Notes under the pieces: model-generated
What the model was told of the DNA's origin: nothing
The model's input: only the letters and a program-made list of their open reading frames with translations
The model's database searches: none
Position numbers and translations under genes: made by a program
Shown here: positions 37,505 through 50,366 of the stretch, one piece after another
How positions within the stretch are numbered: the first letter of the stretch is position 1
How the letters are laid out: every line of letters begins with the position of its first letter
Assembly (NCBI GenBank): GCA_030390025.1
Contig: CM059432.1
Coordinates: 68,140,001 to 68,204,000, forward strand
Length of the DNA: 64,000 nt
Reading direction: 5' to 3'
Source: Squalus acanthias
Taxonomy: Eukaryota

Positions 37505-38330
37505 GTTGTTCACCAGACTGGTTCCTGGGATGAGGGGATTGTCGTATGAGGAGAGATTGAGTAGACTAGGCCTATATTCTCTGGAGTTTAGAAGAATGAG
37601 AGGTGATCTCATTGAAACATACAAAATTCTTACAGGGCTTGACAGGATAGATGAGGGAGGATGTTTCCCCTGGCTGGGGAGTCTAGAACCAGGGATCACA
37701 GTCTCAGAATAAGGGGTCGGCCATTTAGAACCGAGATGAGGAAAAAATTCTTCACAGCTAGGAGTGCAAATACATAATTCTTTGAAAGTGAGAGCATATG
37801 CCAATAAGCCATAAAAATGTCATGAGCAAGTGCAAAAGGAAAGAGGTTATGATATATTTGGCAATGGTCAGGTAAATTCAATTTTAAAGTGTTGTGTGTA
37901 GTTTTGGGTAGCCTATTATAGAAAGGACATTAAAACCATAGACATTGCACAGCACAGATTTACATGATGATACCAGAGATGACAAACTATAGTTATGAGG
38001 AACGACTTGAGATACTGAGACTATTTCCACAGGAGTGTAGAAGGCTAAAAAGACTTTGATTAAAGATTTTTAAAATAATGAAGGGTTTTGATAGAGTGAA
38101 TAGGGAAAGCCTATTTGCTCTGGTCGGGAAGTCAGTGATGAAGTGACATCAATTTAAAATCACTACTAAAAGAGTGAGGAGAAATATTAAAATATTTTTT
38201 TTACGTAGAGTTGTTGGAGCACGGAATGCTTTTCCATTGGGAGTAGTTGAGACAGAGACCGTCACATCTTTTAAGGGAAGAGTAAATAAGCACAAGAAGC
38301 AGATGACGACCCAGGGCTATGGGAAGAGAC
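37505..38330 (+). mobile_element. CR1 ORF2 3' fragments (one younger, one older)
   Basis: FTRLVPGMRGLSYEERL and FFLRRVVGARNAFP. Confidence 0.82.
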
Positions 38331-38338
38331 CACAGTAT

Positions 38339-38999
38339 GGCAAAATGTTTTTGCCCTGTAAGTTGCTGGCAGTACGAGCTGTTAACGAGGGCAACGGGGC
38401 ATCTGGAACCTTAGTGAACAACAGGACCAACGGTCTTATCTCCTTAACTGATGTAATTTAAGGACTGAGAAAGAAACAGGAATGACGGAGAAGGAGGGTA
38501 AATTAGAGTGGGTGAATTAGAGTCAAATCATGTACAGAAAGAGAAATAAAGAGGGAAAGAAAGATTGGATTGAGAGACAGAAAGGAAAAGAAAGAAAAAC
38601 ATTAAAAATTAAAATTTTAAAAATCTCCAAGAAGAATTTACTACATGCAGGAATGCGGCTCAAGTTTCAATTGCTCCACTTATGGGTGTGAGAGGTTGAT
38701 TGGCAATGCATTAACAATTATCATGTTATTAAAAGCATACTTAAGCTGTTAAGTACAAGCCCAAACTTTGTGCGGTGAGGTTAATGAGCAATTAATGTGC
38801 AAATCCAGCAAGTTCCTAAAAATAACGGGGAGGTTGAGGGCGAGCTGGCATTTGTGCGAGGCAAACGGCGGAGCAGCGTAAATCGACCAGCAAGTTATAG
38901 CGATTCGAAACTTCTTCGTCTGAACTTGCAGGCAGAGTTGCGCATTATTAACAACGTGCTTTATGGACTCGCTGTTATTTTTCCAGCAAGATTTGGGCC
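38339..38999. mobile_element. MITE, same family as 6553-7288
   Basis: Shares gggcaac.gggcatctgg.acctt.gtgaacaa, gagggaaagaaagattggattgagaga and the ...gctgttatttt..cagcaa.at.tgg end. Confidence 0.72.
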
Positions 39000-39425
39000 A
39001 TTACATTCCTAAGCTGGTACAGGATTTATAGAATACTGAAGCTCCCAAAAGTAACAAGTAGGGTCTTGTTTTCTTGAAGATTTCCACTTTACAATCAGTT
39101 TTTCTAAATTTTTATTAATTTATTTCTCCCAAAATAGATCATAAATCTACGAAGGGAATTTCAAATAAAGAAGCTGATATATTTGTAACTGAGGAGAGTT
39201 TGTAACCCTTCATGGGTATATAAGGGAAGGATGACAAACATCAGACAGAAACTTTTGAAAGAATTATGAGCCAAACTGAGGGGCCACCCCCAAAATAGAG
39301 CAAAGATAACAAATTGTCAGCTCAGTATGAATATATTTTCCTCCAGTGATCCAGCGACTAGCTGTAATATATCTTCTCAAAGCATTAATTATCATGGAAT
39401 ATGTAATATCTAGTGAAATTCTTAC

Positions 39426-39523
39426 CAGTTCACCCCATCAGCTTCTACCCAAGCAAACCGGTATTCATTGATTCTTAGCATCAGCTGTAGACAACCTGCC
39501 ACACACTGCACATATTGGGAGCT
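39426..39523 (-). CDS. ATP6V1H: ATP6V1H coding exon, 98 nt (SSQYVQCVAGCLQLMLRINEYRFAWVEADGVN)
   Basis: atttcag|AGC...AAC TG|gtaag; the translation matches vertebrate V-ATPase subunit H; ends in phase 2. Confidence 0.97.
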
Positions 39524-40650
39524 CTGAAATTAAAAGAAAATAGATTAAAATAATATTGCTCACACCATGCTTTGTAATGAAGTTTGTTTTGTGGACCATT
39601 AACTTTTTTTAAATTATAAAAACATTTCTTGATAGTTGGCTATCAGCAGCCCTGCACCTTAACAGCTGCAAGAAAAAAATTATGAGTCAACAGAAGAGCA
39701 CAATTTTTTTTAATAATCCATTAGGACAAGTTCTCAATTTCCTGAGCACTTTTCAATATTCATGCTATTGGGGGAGGGTGGGGAGAAATCAGAACACATC
39801 AATACATAGCATGTCTGCATTCCAAGGGCTTCAATTGTGTAGTTGAAGCATCTCAGTTACAAATTTTGAGTTTACACTAGATATTCTCTTGGGTTCAGTG
39901 TCACAAGTCATTCCCCTAAGAGGACTCCATGCCCCCTATGATCAGGAGTATAACTAGATATTAGGCAGGAATGGTAAATGATCGTATGACCTAGGGCCGT
40001 AACAATAAGAGCCCTCAATTTGTATACTGGATTCTGTGATCACACACATGCCCCAATCTTTCGGAAAGTAAACACTTAGACAAGGCCAATTGTAAATCAA
40101 CAATCTGGATTATTTTATTTTAAATACATAACTGAACTTGAAACAGTAATCACAGTGAGATTTACCCATTGCCTATCGTTCATTGCAACATCAAAAATAA
40201 TAAATTAAACAAATGTTATTTTTGATATAAGCCTACTTCACTAGTCAGTATCGCCGAAGTGACTGGCACTCAATTAGAGAGCGAGAAAGAGAGTTATCTG
40301 CCTTTCTTACTGTTTCAAACTCAAATGTACTGAAGATTTACTTTTTTTTTTGAGAGTAAGGGTAACCAAAAATTTGACTATTCCTCCACCAGGTCTGTCG
40401 AGGACTGGCTCACTAGGGTGTCATTTAAGCTACCAGTTTGGATCAGAAACCTCCTGTTTGGCTAGGCCTCCTCTGTATGCCATGAATGAAATCAATTCAA
40501 TATGATATATGCAAAAAACACAAAATGCTGCAAATGCACAGGTCAGTCAGCATTCATAAAGAGGAAGGTCAGATTAGGACAGTGTGTACTCTTCACCTGT
40601 GGTCAGTAAAAATTTGGAGTGCCTATATCTGCGCGATAGGTTTAAACAGT

Positions 40651-41405
40651 GGCCCGAAAATTAGACCTAATACGCGAGAGTACGCACTGTGTACTCTCTC
40701 GTTTTAGGTCTCCAATTGCCGGTTTCCTGCATGCACTGCGCATGCGCGGGAAACCGGCACTTCGTGAATTCAAAAGGGGGCGGTTCCTAAGTGAACCGCG
40801 TGCGCGCTACAGGCTGCGCGCACGCAGTGCACTTAGTGCTTTGAACGCGCAGGTAAGCATGGAAGATTTTACACATAAAGAAAGGAGGCGTAAGACCCTC
40901 TTTTAACAAGGTAAGTAGTTAATTAAGTATTATTTAAAAAAAAATTTCAACAGGTTTATCTTTTTGAGAGACTTTAAAGAAAGGTAAGTTTATTTTTATA
41001 ACTTTTAAAAAGATTTTAAATTTTTTCAAAAATTTAATTTTTTGTTTAAAGTGGTTAATTTATTTAACTATACTTATTTTATTAATGTGATGGCTTTTTA
41101 AAAAAAATTTAATTGAGGTTTAGCTGTTCTTTTGGGGGTGTGTAGGATTCATAGCTTTGACAGCCCTTGCTGTTAAAACTATGAATGAAAGATGGTGTGC
41201 TGCCATTGGCTCTAACTGAATCACGTGATCCCAGAGCTCGCACGAACTAATTGCGTCTCTGGGTCACGCAAGCACTGCACAGCTGCATGTGGGACTGGCC
41301 TTGAAACTAAAGTTCGTGGGGGCCTGGAGGAAAAAGGTAGGCGCGGAGTGAGATATCGCGGGGAAGCCTTACCCCCGCGTGAACACTCTGTTTAATTTCT
41401 GGGCC
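40651..41405. mobile_element. Harbinger-like MITE
   Basis: TIRs GGCCCGAAAATTAGAC / GTTTAATTTCTGGGCC; GC-rich ends and AT-rich core; related to 60262-63400. Confidence 0.72.
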
Positions 41406-41886
41406 AATACTTCAGTGCTAAAGGAGTATTGCATTGTCAGAGGTATCGAATTTTGGATAAGACCTTAAACTGCGGCCTTGTCTGTTTGCTTTAGTAGTTC
41501 AGATGTTAACGATCCCATACCATTATTTGAGGGAAACCAGGGAGCTGTCAACCAATACTGTTGCCAACTCTCCTCCCACAACCACAAACACAGATCAACT
41601 GGTCACTTAACTCTTTACCATGTACAAAATAGCTGCCACATTTACCAACCTAACAGTCACTCCAATTCAAATTAATTCACTGCATGCAAAGCATTTTGAG
41701 GCAGCTGAAGATACTAAATAAATGCAAGCCTTTCTTTCTCAGAGACCCTTGGAGGATGATAAGGCATAGTACTACATGAGCATTAAATTTGTGCAAGTTG
41801 AGAAATAATCTTTACCATACTGCTTTCCTGTGCATCATTATCATCCCTTTCTTCACCTCAAGAAAGTCTGTTCTACTCTCCTCCTA

Positions 41887-42335
41887 GTGTCAGCTGTGGC
41901 TCAGTTGGTAGCACACTTGCCTCTGCGTCAGAAGGTTGTGGGTTCAAGTCCCGCCCTAGGGACTTGAGCACATAAAGCTCGGCTGACACTCCAGTGCAGT
42001 GCTGAGGGAGTGCTGCACTGTCGAAGGTGCCGTCTTTCGGATGAGATGTTAAACCGAGGCCCTATCTGCTCTCTCAGGTGGGTGTCAAAGAAGAGTAGGG
42101 GAGTTATCCCCGGTGTCCTGGCCAATATTTATCCCTCAATCAACATAACAAAAACAGATTACTTGTCATTATCACATTGCTGCTTGTTGGGAACTTGCTG
42201 TGTGCAAATTGACTGCTGCATTTCCTACATTATAATAGCGACTACATTCCAAAAAATACTTCATTGGTTGTAAAGCGCTTTGAGACGTCCGGTGATCGTG
42301 AAAGGCACGATATAAAATGCAAGTCTTTCTTTCTT
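41887..42335 (+). mobile_element. tRNA-derived SINE (Deu-domain/SacSINE1-like), near complete
   Basis: Head tggctcagttggtagc (A box) and ggttcaagtccc (B box); body gagggagtgctgcactgtcg.aggtgccgtctttcggatgag; tail resembles the L2 3' end. A partial older copy lies at 41410-41740. Confidence 0.85.
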
Positions 42336-43087
42336 CCAGGAATAAAGCCATAAAGGACTGTATTCCACACTGTAACTAGAAAGACAGAGGGCAAAGGGAG
42401 GTAGAATGCAGATATGCAGCTCTAGGGATGGCTTTAATTACTGAAATTCACACTTGCCATGTCCCCAAAGAAGGAATCCTCCAAGCCAAGATGTTCAACC
42501 TACACCTTGGGGTCATATATGCCCTGAGCCTGGGCAACCTAGTCCTGTTTGTGCATATATATCTTATACGATGGCTTTGCCTGAATTAATTCTGTAGCCT
42601 TGGAAGTTTGGAAAGGACTTTTATAGCACTGTTACCTCATTAGTGGATAAATCCTAATTCAGAACAGCAACACCTGCTGGTATCAGCACCACAAGTTATG
42701 TAAATTAAAGGAAACATGAATTTATACTTCATATTTGGACCCCAAGGGTCTATGGTACACACAGAAGCAATAGCTTGGGAATACTTATCTATGGAAACTC
42801 TTTGTGCATCATAGTCATTAGAACTCTGCAGGAAATTACTGACTTCCTTGGGCATTTTAAAAAAGTACATTTTAGAGGCTCTGCTTGGTTTTATATCAGC
42901 TATTTTGTTAATTGGATTGGCAATCCAAGTCATGCTTAGCATGTAGCTGTCAAGTATTAGAAAAGCAAATTTGAACTTTCAAGTCTACCTGCAACAGAAA
43001 AGAAACTGCTACACTATTTATAGTGCTTGAGGCCTTAGGCATAAAATGCAGTAACTATCCTCTCCGCTTATCTTAGGTACTCACATG

Positions 43088-44254
43088 TAGGGTGATGACA
43101 CCCAGCTCTACCTCACCACCACCTCTCCCGATCCCTCCACAGCCTCCAATTTGCCACCTCCTCTTGCCTTTAATATCTCTTAATGTCTCTTAATCTCTCC
43201 TGCTTTCTATCCTACCACTGACCTTCCCTTTTGTTCTTTCATCCCCTCCCCCATTTCCCAGCCCCTATACTTGCTTTAAATCTATTTCATTTTCTGCTTT
43301 TTTCCAGTTCTGACGAAAGGTCTTCAACCTGAAACGTTAACTCTGTTTCTCTCTCCACGGATACTGCCTGGCCTGCTGAGTTTTTCCAGCGTTTTCTGTT
43401 ATCTCCGATTTGTCATGCTGCTTGTCCGACATCCAGTATCAGATCAGCAGAAATTTCCTCCAATTAAATATTGGGAAGACCAAAGCCATTGCCTTCAGTC
43501 CCGCCACAAATTCCGTTCCCTAGCCATCAACTCCATCCACCTCTCTGGCCACTGAGGCTGAACCAGACCGTTCTCAACCTTGGCGTTCTATTTGATGTCA
43601 TGCTGGGCTTCCGACCACATATCCTTTCCATCACCAAGACTGCCTACTTCCACCTCCGTAACATTGCCTCACCCCATCAGCTGCTGAAACCCTCATCCAA
43701 GCCATTGTTACCTCCAGACTTGACTATTCCATTGCTCTCATGGCCAGCCACCCACCATCCACCCTCCGTAAACTTCAGCTCATCCAAAACTCTGCTGCCA
43801 GTATCCTAACTCGCACCAAGTCTCGTTCACCCATCACCCGTGCTCACTGACCTACATTAGCTCCAGGTCCGGCAATGCCTCATTTAAAATTCTCATCCTG
43901 GTGTTCAAATCCCTCCCTTGCTTCACCCCTCCCTATCTCTAATGTTCTCCAGCCCTAAAACCCTCAGAGATTGGTATGCTCCTCCAATTCTGGCCTCTTG
44001 TGCATCTCCAATTTCCATCACCCCACCATTGGCAGCTGTGCCTTTAGCTACCTAGGTCATAAGTTCTGAAATTACCTCCCTAAACCTCTCCGCCTCGCTC
44101 TTCTCCTTTAAGACACTCCTTAAAACCTACCTGTTTGAGCAAGCTTTTGGTCACCTGTCCTAATCTGTCAAATTTTGTTTGATAATGCTCCTTTGAAGTG
44201 CCTTGGGACGTTTTACTATGTTAAAGGTGCTATAAATGCAAGTTGTTGTTGTTG
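43088..44254 (+). mobile_element. L2 LINE 3' part with an inserted Penelope-like fragment (about 43150-43400)
   Basis: gatgacacccagctctacctc (DDTQLY) through to a gttgttgttgtt tail; colinear with 780-1210 plus 4215-4740. Confidence 0.88.
43306..43342 (+). ncRNA. Candidate minimal type I hammerhead ribozyme in a Penelope-like terminal fragment
   Basis: AGTT-CTGACGA-A-AGGT(cttca)ACCT-GAAA-CGT-T-AACT gives both core boxes, stem II, a palindromic ACGT helix III and a 4-bp stem I. Confidence 0.55.
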
Positions 44255-44729
44255 TCTGTGCACTGTTTGGACGCATTATGTATATACCATAATCAATCTG
44301 ACTCAACTATTAAATCTAATTTTGCCCACCTAGCAACTGAAGATGACTGGTATCAGGACTGCTTTTATGCATCCACCTAGAAACCCGAGGTGTCCCTTTT
44401 TCATATCTGGGTCTTTTTCGCTACATCAAAAATTATAAAATGATTCGCTTTTAAATCCTTTTGTTTTTCCACTCTATGCTACAGTTAATGTCCAATGGCT
44501 TTGAAATAACAGTGACAACACTTCAAAAGTAATTAATTGGCTATTAAGTGCTTTGGATATTCTGAGGCCATAAAAGACACTGTATGAATGTAAGCTAATT
44601 TTATTAAAAGCAAAGGCTAGAAAGTAGAGTCAATACAGAGTTTACTTGGTTACAGAATTTTCCACTTGTACCTGCTTGAATACAAAAATTAAATGTGCAA
44701 CACTTCATTAACTCTAAGTAATAGTAAAC

Positions 44730-44874
44730 CTGATGAGTGTCGGCATCGGGCGCCTTAACCGAGCGTTCGGTTCATCCCGCAGCACCAGTTCTGCTTGCCA
44801 AAAGTGGCCCACTAGGCACCCTCATCCCACACCCGGCTCCAAGCCAACGAGTCGGGCTTCTTACCCATTTAAAG
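44730..44874 (-). rRNA. 28S rRNA fragment (dispersed, non-functional copy, 145 bp)
   Basis: Reverse complement reads CTTTAAATGGGTAAGAAGCCCG...GTGCCTAGTGGGCCACTTTTGGCAAGCAGAACTGGTGCTGCGGGATGAACCGAACGC...GGTTAAGGCGCCCGATGCCGACACTCATCAG, which I recognise as conserved vertebrate 28S domain II sequence. Confidence 0.93.
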
Positions 44875-46362
44875 CACAGAGCAGGATTAAAACGGAGTGT
44901 ACTTAAACAGTGTTTTATTTGGGAATCTGGAAAGAGTGAAAAATCGGAGAAGAGGGGGAAGGAGTTGCTGCTTTCTGCCTACACTACTTGTAGTGCTTTG
45001 TGTTACAGGTAGATATATAATTTCAGTACCCATAACTTAATCTAGATCAAGTAGTCAAGAAACTGCACTGTAAACTAAGTTACCTAATTACAAATTTAAT
45101 TAAATAAAACAAGGTCATACAGGGATGGCAGTGCAGATGGTATGCCGCAACTGCAGCATGTGGGAGTTTGTAGAGAGCATTGTGATCCCGGACAACCATG
45201 TTTGCAGTAAGTGCCTGCATCTTGAGGAACTTCAGCTCAGAGTTTTTGAGCTGGAGTCTGATGTGCAGACACTGCGGGGCATCAGGGATGGGAAGAGTTA
45301 CCTGGACACTTTGATCCAGGAGGCAGTCACACCCCTTAGGTTAGGCAGTGGTACAGGTCTGTTTAGTGGTCAGGGACAGGAGGGTGTGACTGCTACTCAG
45401 GCAGGTAAGGGGACCCCAAGTGTAGTGCTGGAGGAGACTCAGCCTTTGCCCTTGTCCAAAAGGTATGAGGTTCTTGCTGCCTGTGTGGATGAGGGAAAAG
45501 CCTGCAGGATGGATGAGCATGCTGACCATGGCACCATGGTGCAGGAGGGCATTCAAGTGGGGGAGTGAAAGGGAATGTAGTTGTGGTAGGGGACAGTATA
45601 GTCAGGGAGATACTGTTCTCTACAGCCACGACCGAGAGTTCCGAAGGTTGTGTTGCCTGCCCGGTGCCAGGGTTAAAGACATCTCCTCGCAGCTGGAGAA
45701 CTTGTAGTTGGAGGGGGAGGATCCAGTTGTCGTAGTCCACGTAGGAACCAACGACATAGGTAGAACTAGGATTGAGGTTCTGCTGAGGGAGTTTCAGGAG
45801 CTAGGATCCAAATTAAAAAGCAGGACCGCAAAGGTAATAATCTCTGGATTGATCCCTGAGCCACGTGCAAATTGGCAGAGGGATAAACAGATTAGAGGTT
45901 TAAATGTGTGGCTTAAAGAGTGGTGTGGGAGGAAGGGGTTTCAGTTCATGGGGCACTGGCACCAATACTGGGGAAAGAGGGAGCTGTTCCATTGGGATGG
46001 GCTCCACTTAAACCGGGCTGGGACCAGTGTCCTGGTGAACCAAATAACTAGGGCAGTGGACAAGGCTTTAAACTAATGAAGGGGGACGGGGGGAGGATTC
46101 AGGAAAGAGTAAACTTAAAAGCAGCGAGAGAAATGTCAAGGCTCTACAGCAGAGTAGAGTTTTGGGTAAAAATAAGCAGAGTGGGTCAGGAAGGGAGAGA
46201 GAGAGAGAGTAACAAAGGTAATGAGGCATCAGTGACTAAGGTGACATCAGGGAAAAATAGAAAAAAGTCAAAGCTAAAGGCACTGTATCTGAATGCGCGA
46301 AGCATTCACAACAAAATAGATGAATTAATAGCGCAGATAGAAATTAATAGGTTTGAGCTAAT

Positions 46363-46580
46363 TGTGGCGGATCGCCACCTAAACGGGCGCAATCCACTTT
46401 TCCGTCCGTGGACAATAAATCGGGCACCTTGCCTTTAAAGGCAGGAGAAAAGGAGTGGGCGTGGCCTCAGAGTTTTGAGATCAGTTGACCAGCAGCCATT
46501 TTACCGGGCAGATGTGATTAAAAGCTTTGTGTTCCACACATGGACTCGGCCTTAATTCGTGTTTCGCGGCAGCCACAACA
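46363..46580 (+). repeat. 5' LTR (218 bp)
   Basis: Direct repeat of 50367-50600, differing by 2 substitutions and a 16-bp duplication in the 3' copy. Confidence 0.95.
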
Positions 46581-46581
46581 T

Positions 46582-46595
46582 TGGTGACCCCGACG
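46582..46595 (+). promoter_or_regulatory. Primer-binding site complementary to the tRNA-Trp 3' end
   Basis: TGGTGACCCCGACG lies one base after the LTR and matches the tRNA-Trp PBS known from avian sarcoma-leukosis viruses and CsRn1-type elements. Confidence 0.85.
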
Positions 46596-46619
46596 CTCAG
46601 AAAGTATTCCGAGCACTGC

Positions 46620-47686
46620 AATGGCAGACACGAACGCCTGGTTTCTCCAAGCCGAGTCCCGATTCCGGCTGCAACGCATCACCACAGATGGGACGAAGTA
46701 AGACTACCTCGTCACATCACTCGGTAGCTCCACAGTTACAAAGGTCTGGACAGCGCTGCAGAACCCACCAGAGGGGGGGCAAGTATGCACATCTTAAGGC
46801 CGCGCTCCTTAAAAAATTTACGGCCTCGACATACCAGCGAAACTGCCACCTCCTCGACCTTCCAGGCCTCGGTGATGCCTCACTATCAGACCTCCTCTCC
46901 CACATGCTCTCCCTCACTGACAAGAGCCCACCCGGATCCCTCTTCCGCACGCTGTTCATCCGCCAGCTACCTCTCAGCATCCGCCCAGCAATCGTGGCGT
47001 CCGGCTTCACGGACCTGGAAGCCCTGGCCGATGAGGCTGACAAGCTGCTGTCCGCTCACTCCAGCCGCGACGTCACTCCGGACCTGGCAGCTACTGCCTG
47101 GGCGCTCCCCTCACCGGCCACCACGCGGCCACAAGGCCCAGCCACCAGGCTCACGGGGCCTTCGCGCACCACTAACCCGGGCCACTGTTACTACCACGCA
47201 CGGTTCGGCGCCAGGGCACAACAGTGCACACCTCTCTGCTCTTTCAAGTCCGCCCCCGTACCAGCCCCCGCGATGGCCGTGGGCCACGCGGGCTCCCTGC
47301 TGTACGTCACGGATGACAAAACCGGCCGCCGGTTCCTGTGCGACACTGGAGCTCAGCACAGCATCATCCCGGCCTCCTCCCTCGACATCCAAAAGGGCAA
47401 ACGAGGACCGGCGCTGGCTGCTGCTAACGGCTCGGACATTCGGACGTACGGCACCCGCACAGTCACCCTCGACCTCGCTGGTCGCCGCTACCGATGGGAG
47501 TTCATCACTGCCAAGGTGCTCTCCCCTCTCATCGGCGCGGATTTCCTGTGCGCCCACGGCCTACTGGTAGACATCCCTCGACACCGCCTCATGGACATGA
47601 ACACCATGTCCCCCATCCTGGGCGCCATGGCCCCCCCGTCAACCCGCCGACATGGCGTCACAGTGCCACGCCCGGGCCACGGATGA
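46620..47686 (+). pseudogene. Gypsy gag plus aspartic protease (frameshifted)
   Basis: CYYHARFGARAQQCTPLC is a Cx2Hx9Cx3C (CHCC) knuckle; FLCDTGAQHS is the protease active site; LIGADFL motif present. Frame changes occur near the 5' end and near 47680-47790. Start is approximate. Confidence 0.88.
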
Positions 47687-47791
47687 CTACTCGGCACTCC
47701 TGGCCAAATTCCCGGCCCTTACCAATCCGACCTTCTCCGCAGAGGCCGCCAAACACGGGGTGGAACACTTCATCCCCACCACAGGCCCCCA

Positions 47792-50366
47792 ATGTACGCC
47801 CACGCCCGCAGGCTGGACCCGGCCAAACTGGAGATCGCGCGGACCGAGTTTACCACCATGGAACAGCTCAGCATCATCCGCCGCTCCAACAGTCCCTGGG
47901 CCTCCCCACTCCACATCGCCCCCAAACCAGGCGGGGGTTGGCGCCCCTGCGGGGATTACCACCGCCTCAACGACGCCACCACCCCTGATCGGTACCCCGT
48001 GCCGCACATCCAGGACTTCTCGGCTAGACTGGCCGTCCGCTCAGTCTTTTCCAAGGTCGACCTGGTGCGCGGCTACCACCAAGTCCCCGTCCACCCCGCG
48101 GACGTCCCCAAGACGGCCGTAATCACCCCCTTCGGCCTTTTCGAGTTCCTGCGGATGCCCTTCGGCCTCAAAAACGCGGCCCAGGCATTCCAACGGATCA
48201 TGGACTCGGTCCTTCGGGACCTGAAGTTCCTGTTAGTCTACCTGGACGACATCCTGGTAGCCAGTTCCTCCAAGCAGGAACACCTCGAACACCTTCGCAT
48301 CCTGTTCGGGCGCCTCAGCGACCACAGGCTAATCCTCAGCCCAGCCAAATGCCAGTTCGGCCTGGACAAGATCGACTTCCTCGGCCACCACATCACCCAT
48401 GCTGGGGCCATTCCCCTGCCCACCAAGGTGCAGGCCGTCCAACAATTTCCCCGCCCCACCACCATCAAAGGCCTCCAGGAGTTCCTCGGGATGGTGAATT
48501 TCTGCAACCGCTTCATCCCCAAAGCGGCGTCCCTCATGAGGCCCCTGTATGAAGCCCTCCGGGGCAGGAGCAGCAAGATGGCGGTCGAATGGACGGCAGA
48601 CGCGTCAGCCGCCTTCGATTCCACCAAGACCGCGCTCGCCAACGCCACCCTGCTCGCGCACCCACGGCCCAATGCCAGGGTAGCGCTCACCACGGACTCC
48701 TCCGACCACGCGGTCGGCGCCGTGTATGAGCAGTGGGTCGACGGCGCCTGGCAACCACTTGCTTTCTTCAGCCACCAACTACGCCCCCCGGAGGTCAAGT
48801 ACAGCACCTTTGACCGCGAGCTCCTCGCGCTGTTCCTGGCGGTCCGCCATTTTTGTTTTTTGCTGGAGGGCCACCCCTTCACTACGTTTGTCGACCACAA
48901 ACCCCTGACATTCGCAATGGCAAAGACAACCGACCCCTGGTCCGCCAGGCAGCAGCGCCAGCTCGCGGCAGTGTCCGAGTTCACCACGGACATCCAACAC
49001 ATCTCCGGCCGAGACAATGTGGTAGCCGACTGCCTCTCCCGCCCCGCCATCCACGCCGCACACCTGGCAGTCGACTACGCTCAACTCGCAGCAGACCAGA
49101 TCATCGACCCTGATCTGCTCTCCGCACCTACCAACCTACCAGGGCTACGTCTGGCCGACGTCGCCTGTGGCCCGACCGCAGTCACGGTCAAGTGCGACAT
49201 ATCCCTATGTCAACCTCGGCCCGTCGTCCCAGCGTCCTGGCGCCGCCGGGTATTCGAGATTGTCCACAACCTCTCCCACCCCGGCGCCCGCGCATCCATC
49301 AAATTGGTAGCCAACCGCTTTGTCTGGCGCGGCCTTCGCAAGGATGTGCGTACTTGGGCCAACTCCTGCCTAGCCTGCCAACGGGCCAAGGTGCAGCAAC
49401 ACACGAAAGCACCCCTCGAGGAGTTTACCGTCCCTTCGCGGAGATTCGACCACATCCACGTGGACATCGTCGGGCCCCTGCCGCCGTCGCAAGGCCACAC
49501 GCACTTGCTGACGATCGTTGACCGCACCACGCGCTGGCCCGAGGCAATTCCACTGACCTCTACCACCACCGCCGACATCGCCAGAGCCTTCGTCAGCACC
49601 TGGGTCGCACGGTTCGGCGTCCCCTCCGACATGACGTCGGACAGAGGTCCGCAATTTACCTCTGAATTCTGGACCGCCGTCGCACGCAATCTCGGGGTGA
49701 CCATTCACCGCACCACAGCGTACCACCCCCAAGCCAACGGACTGTGAGCGCGGTTCCACAGATCCTTGAAGGCATCTCTTCGAGCCAGCCTCCAGGACGG
49801 CGCCTGGACCGACCGACTTCCGTGGGTCCTCCTCGGCCTGCGCACCGCGGTTAAAGAAGACCTCCACGCATCGGCAGCAGAGCTCGTATACGGTCAGCCG
49901 CTGCGTGTACCCGGCGAGTTCCTGCCCACCGCCACGACACGCTGGTCAGCCGACCAGCAACGCCACGACTTCGCCTCACCGGCGCTACAGTTCGCCCCGG
50001 TGCCCATTGCCCAACACGGCAAATCCACCTCACACGTCCCACTAAGCCTGCACCAGGCACGGTTCGTTTTCGTCCGGCACGACGCCCACCGCGGACCCCT
50101 TCAACCCCCATACGACGGGCCCTACAAGGTGCTACAGGCTGGGGACAAATTTTTCACCCTGCAAGTGGGCGACAGGACCGAAAAAGTGTCGGTTGATCGA
50201 CTCAAGCCAGCACACTCGGAGCCCGGTGAGCAGGCCGACCTGCCCTCAAGCCGGTTCACCCGGCTGCTCCACGTCCACCGGCGTCCTACAAGAGCCGCTC
50301 CGGCCGGCCCATTAGACCGCCGCACCGTCTCATCCACACCTCCTAAGCAGATTCTGGGGGGAGCTG
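47792..50366 (+). pseudogene. Gypsy pol: reverse transcriptase, RNase H, integrase (in-frame TGA at 49745-49747)
   Basis: RMPFGLKNA and YLDD (RT); TDSS...YSTFDRELL...DHKPL (RNase H); H-H-C-C zinc finger, HVDIVGP and SDRGPQF (integrase); C-terminal PPYDGPY (GPY/F) in the same frame after the stop. Confidence 0.95.

Noticed and set aside
41887..41965. tRNA-like sequence with A and B boxes
   Set aside because: It is the head of a SINE and continues into SINE body and tail; not a tRNA gene.
42640..42988. 100-aa minus ORF with a strong-looking acceptor (tttcttttctgttgcag) and a donor-like site near 42635
   Set aside because: All three frames after the acceptor hit stops, there is no recognisable protein similarity, and ATP6V1H needs no exon here.
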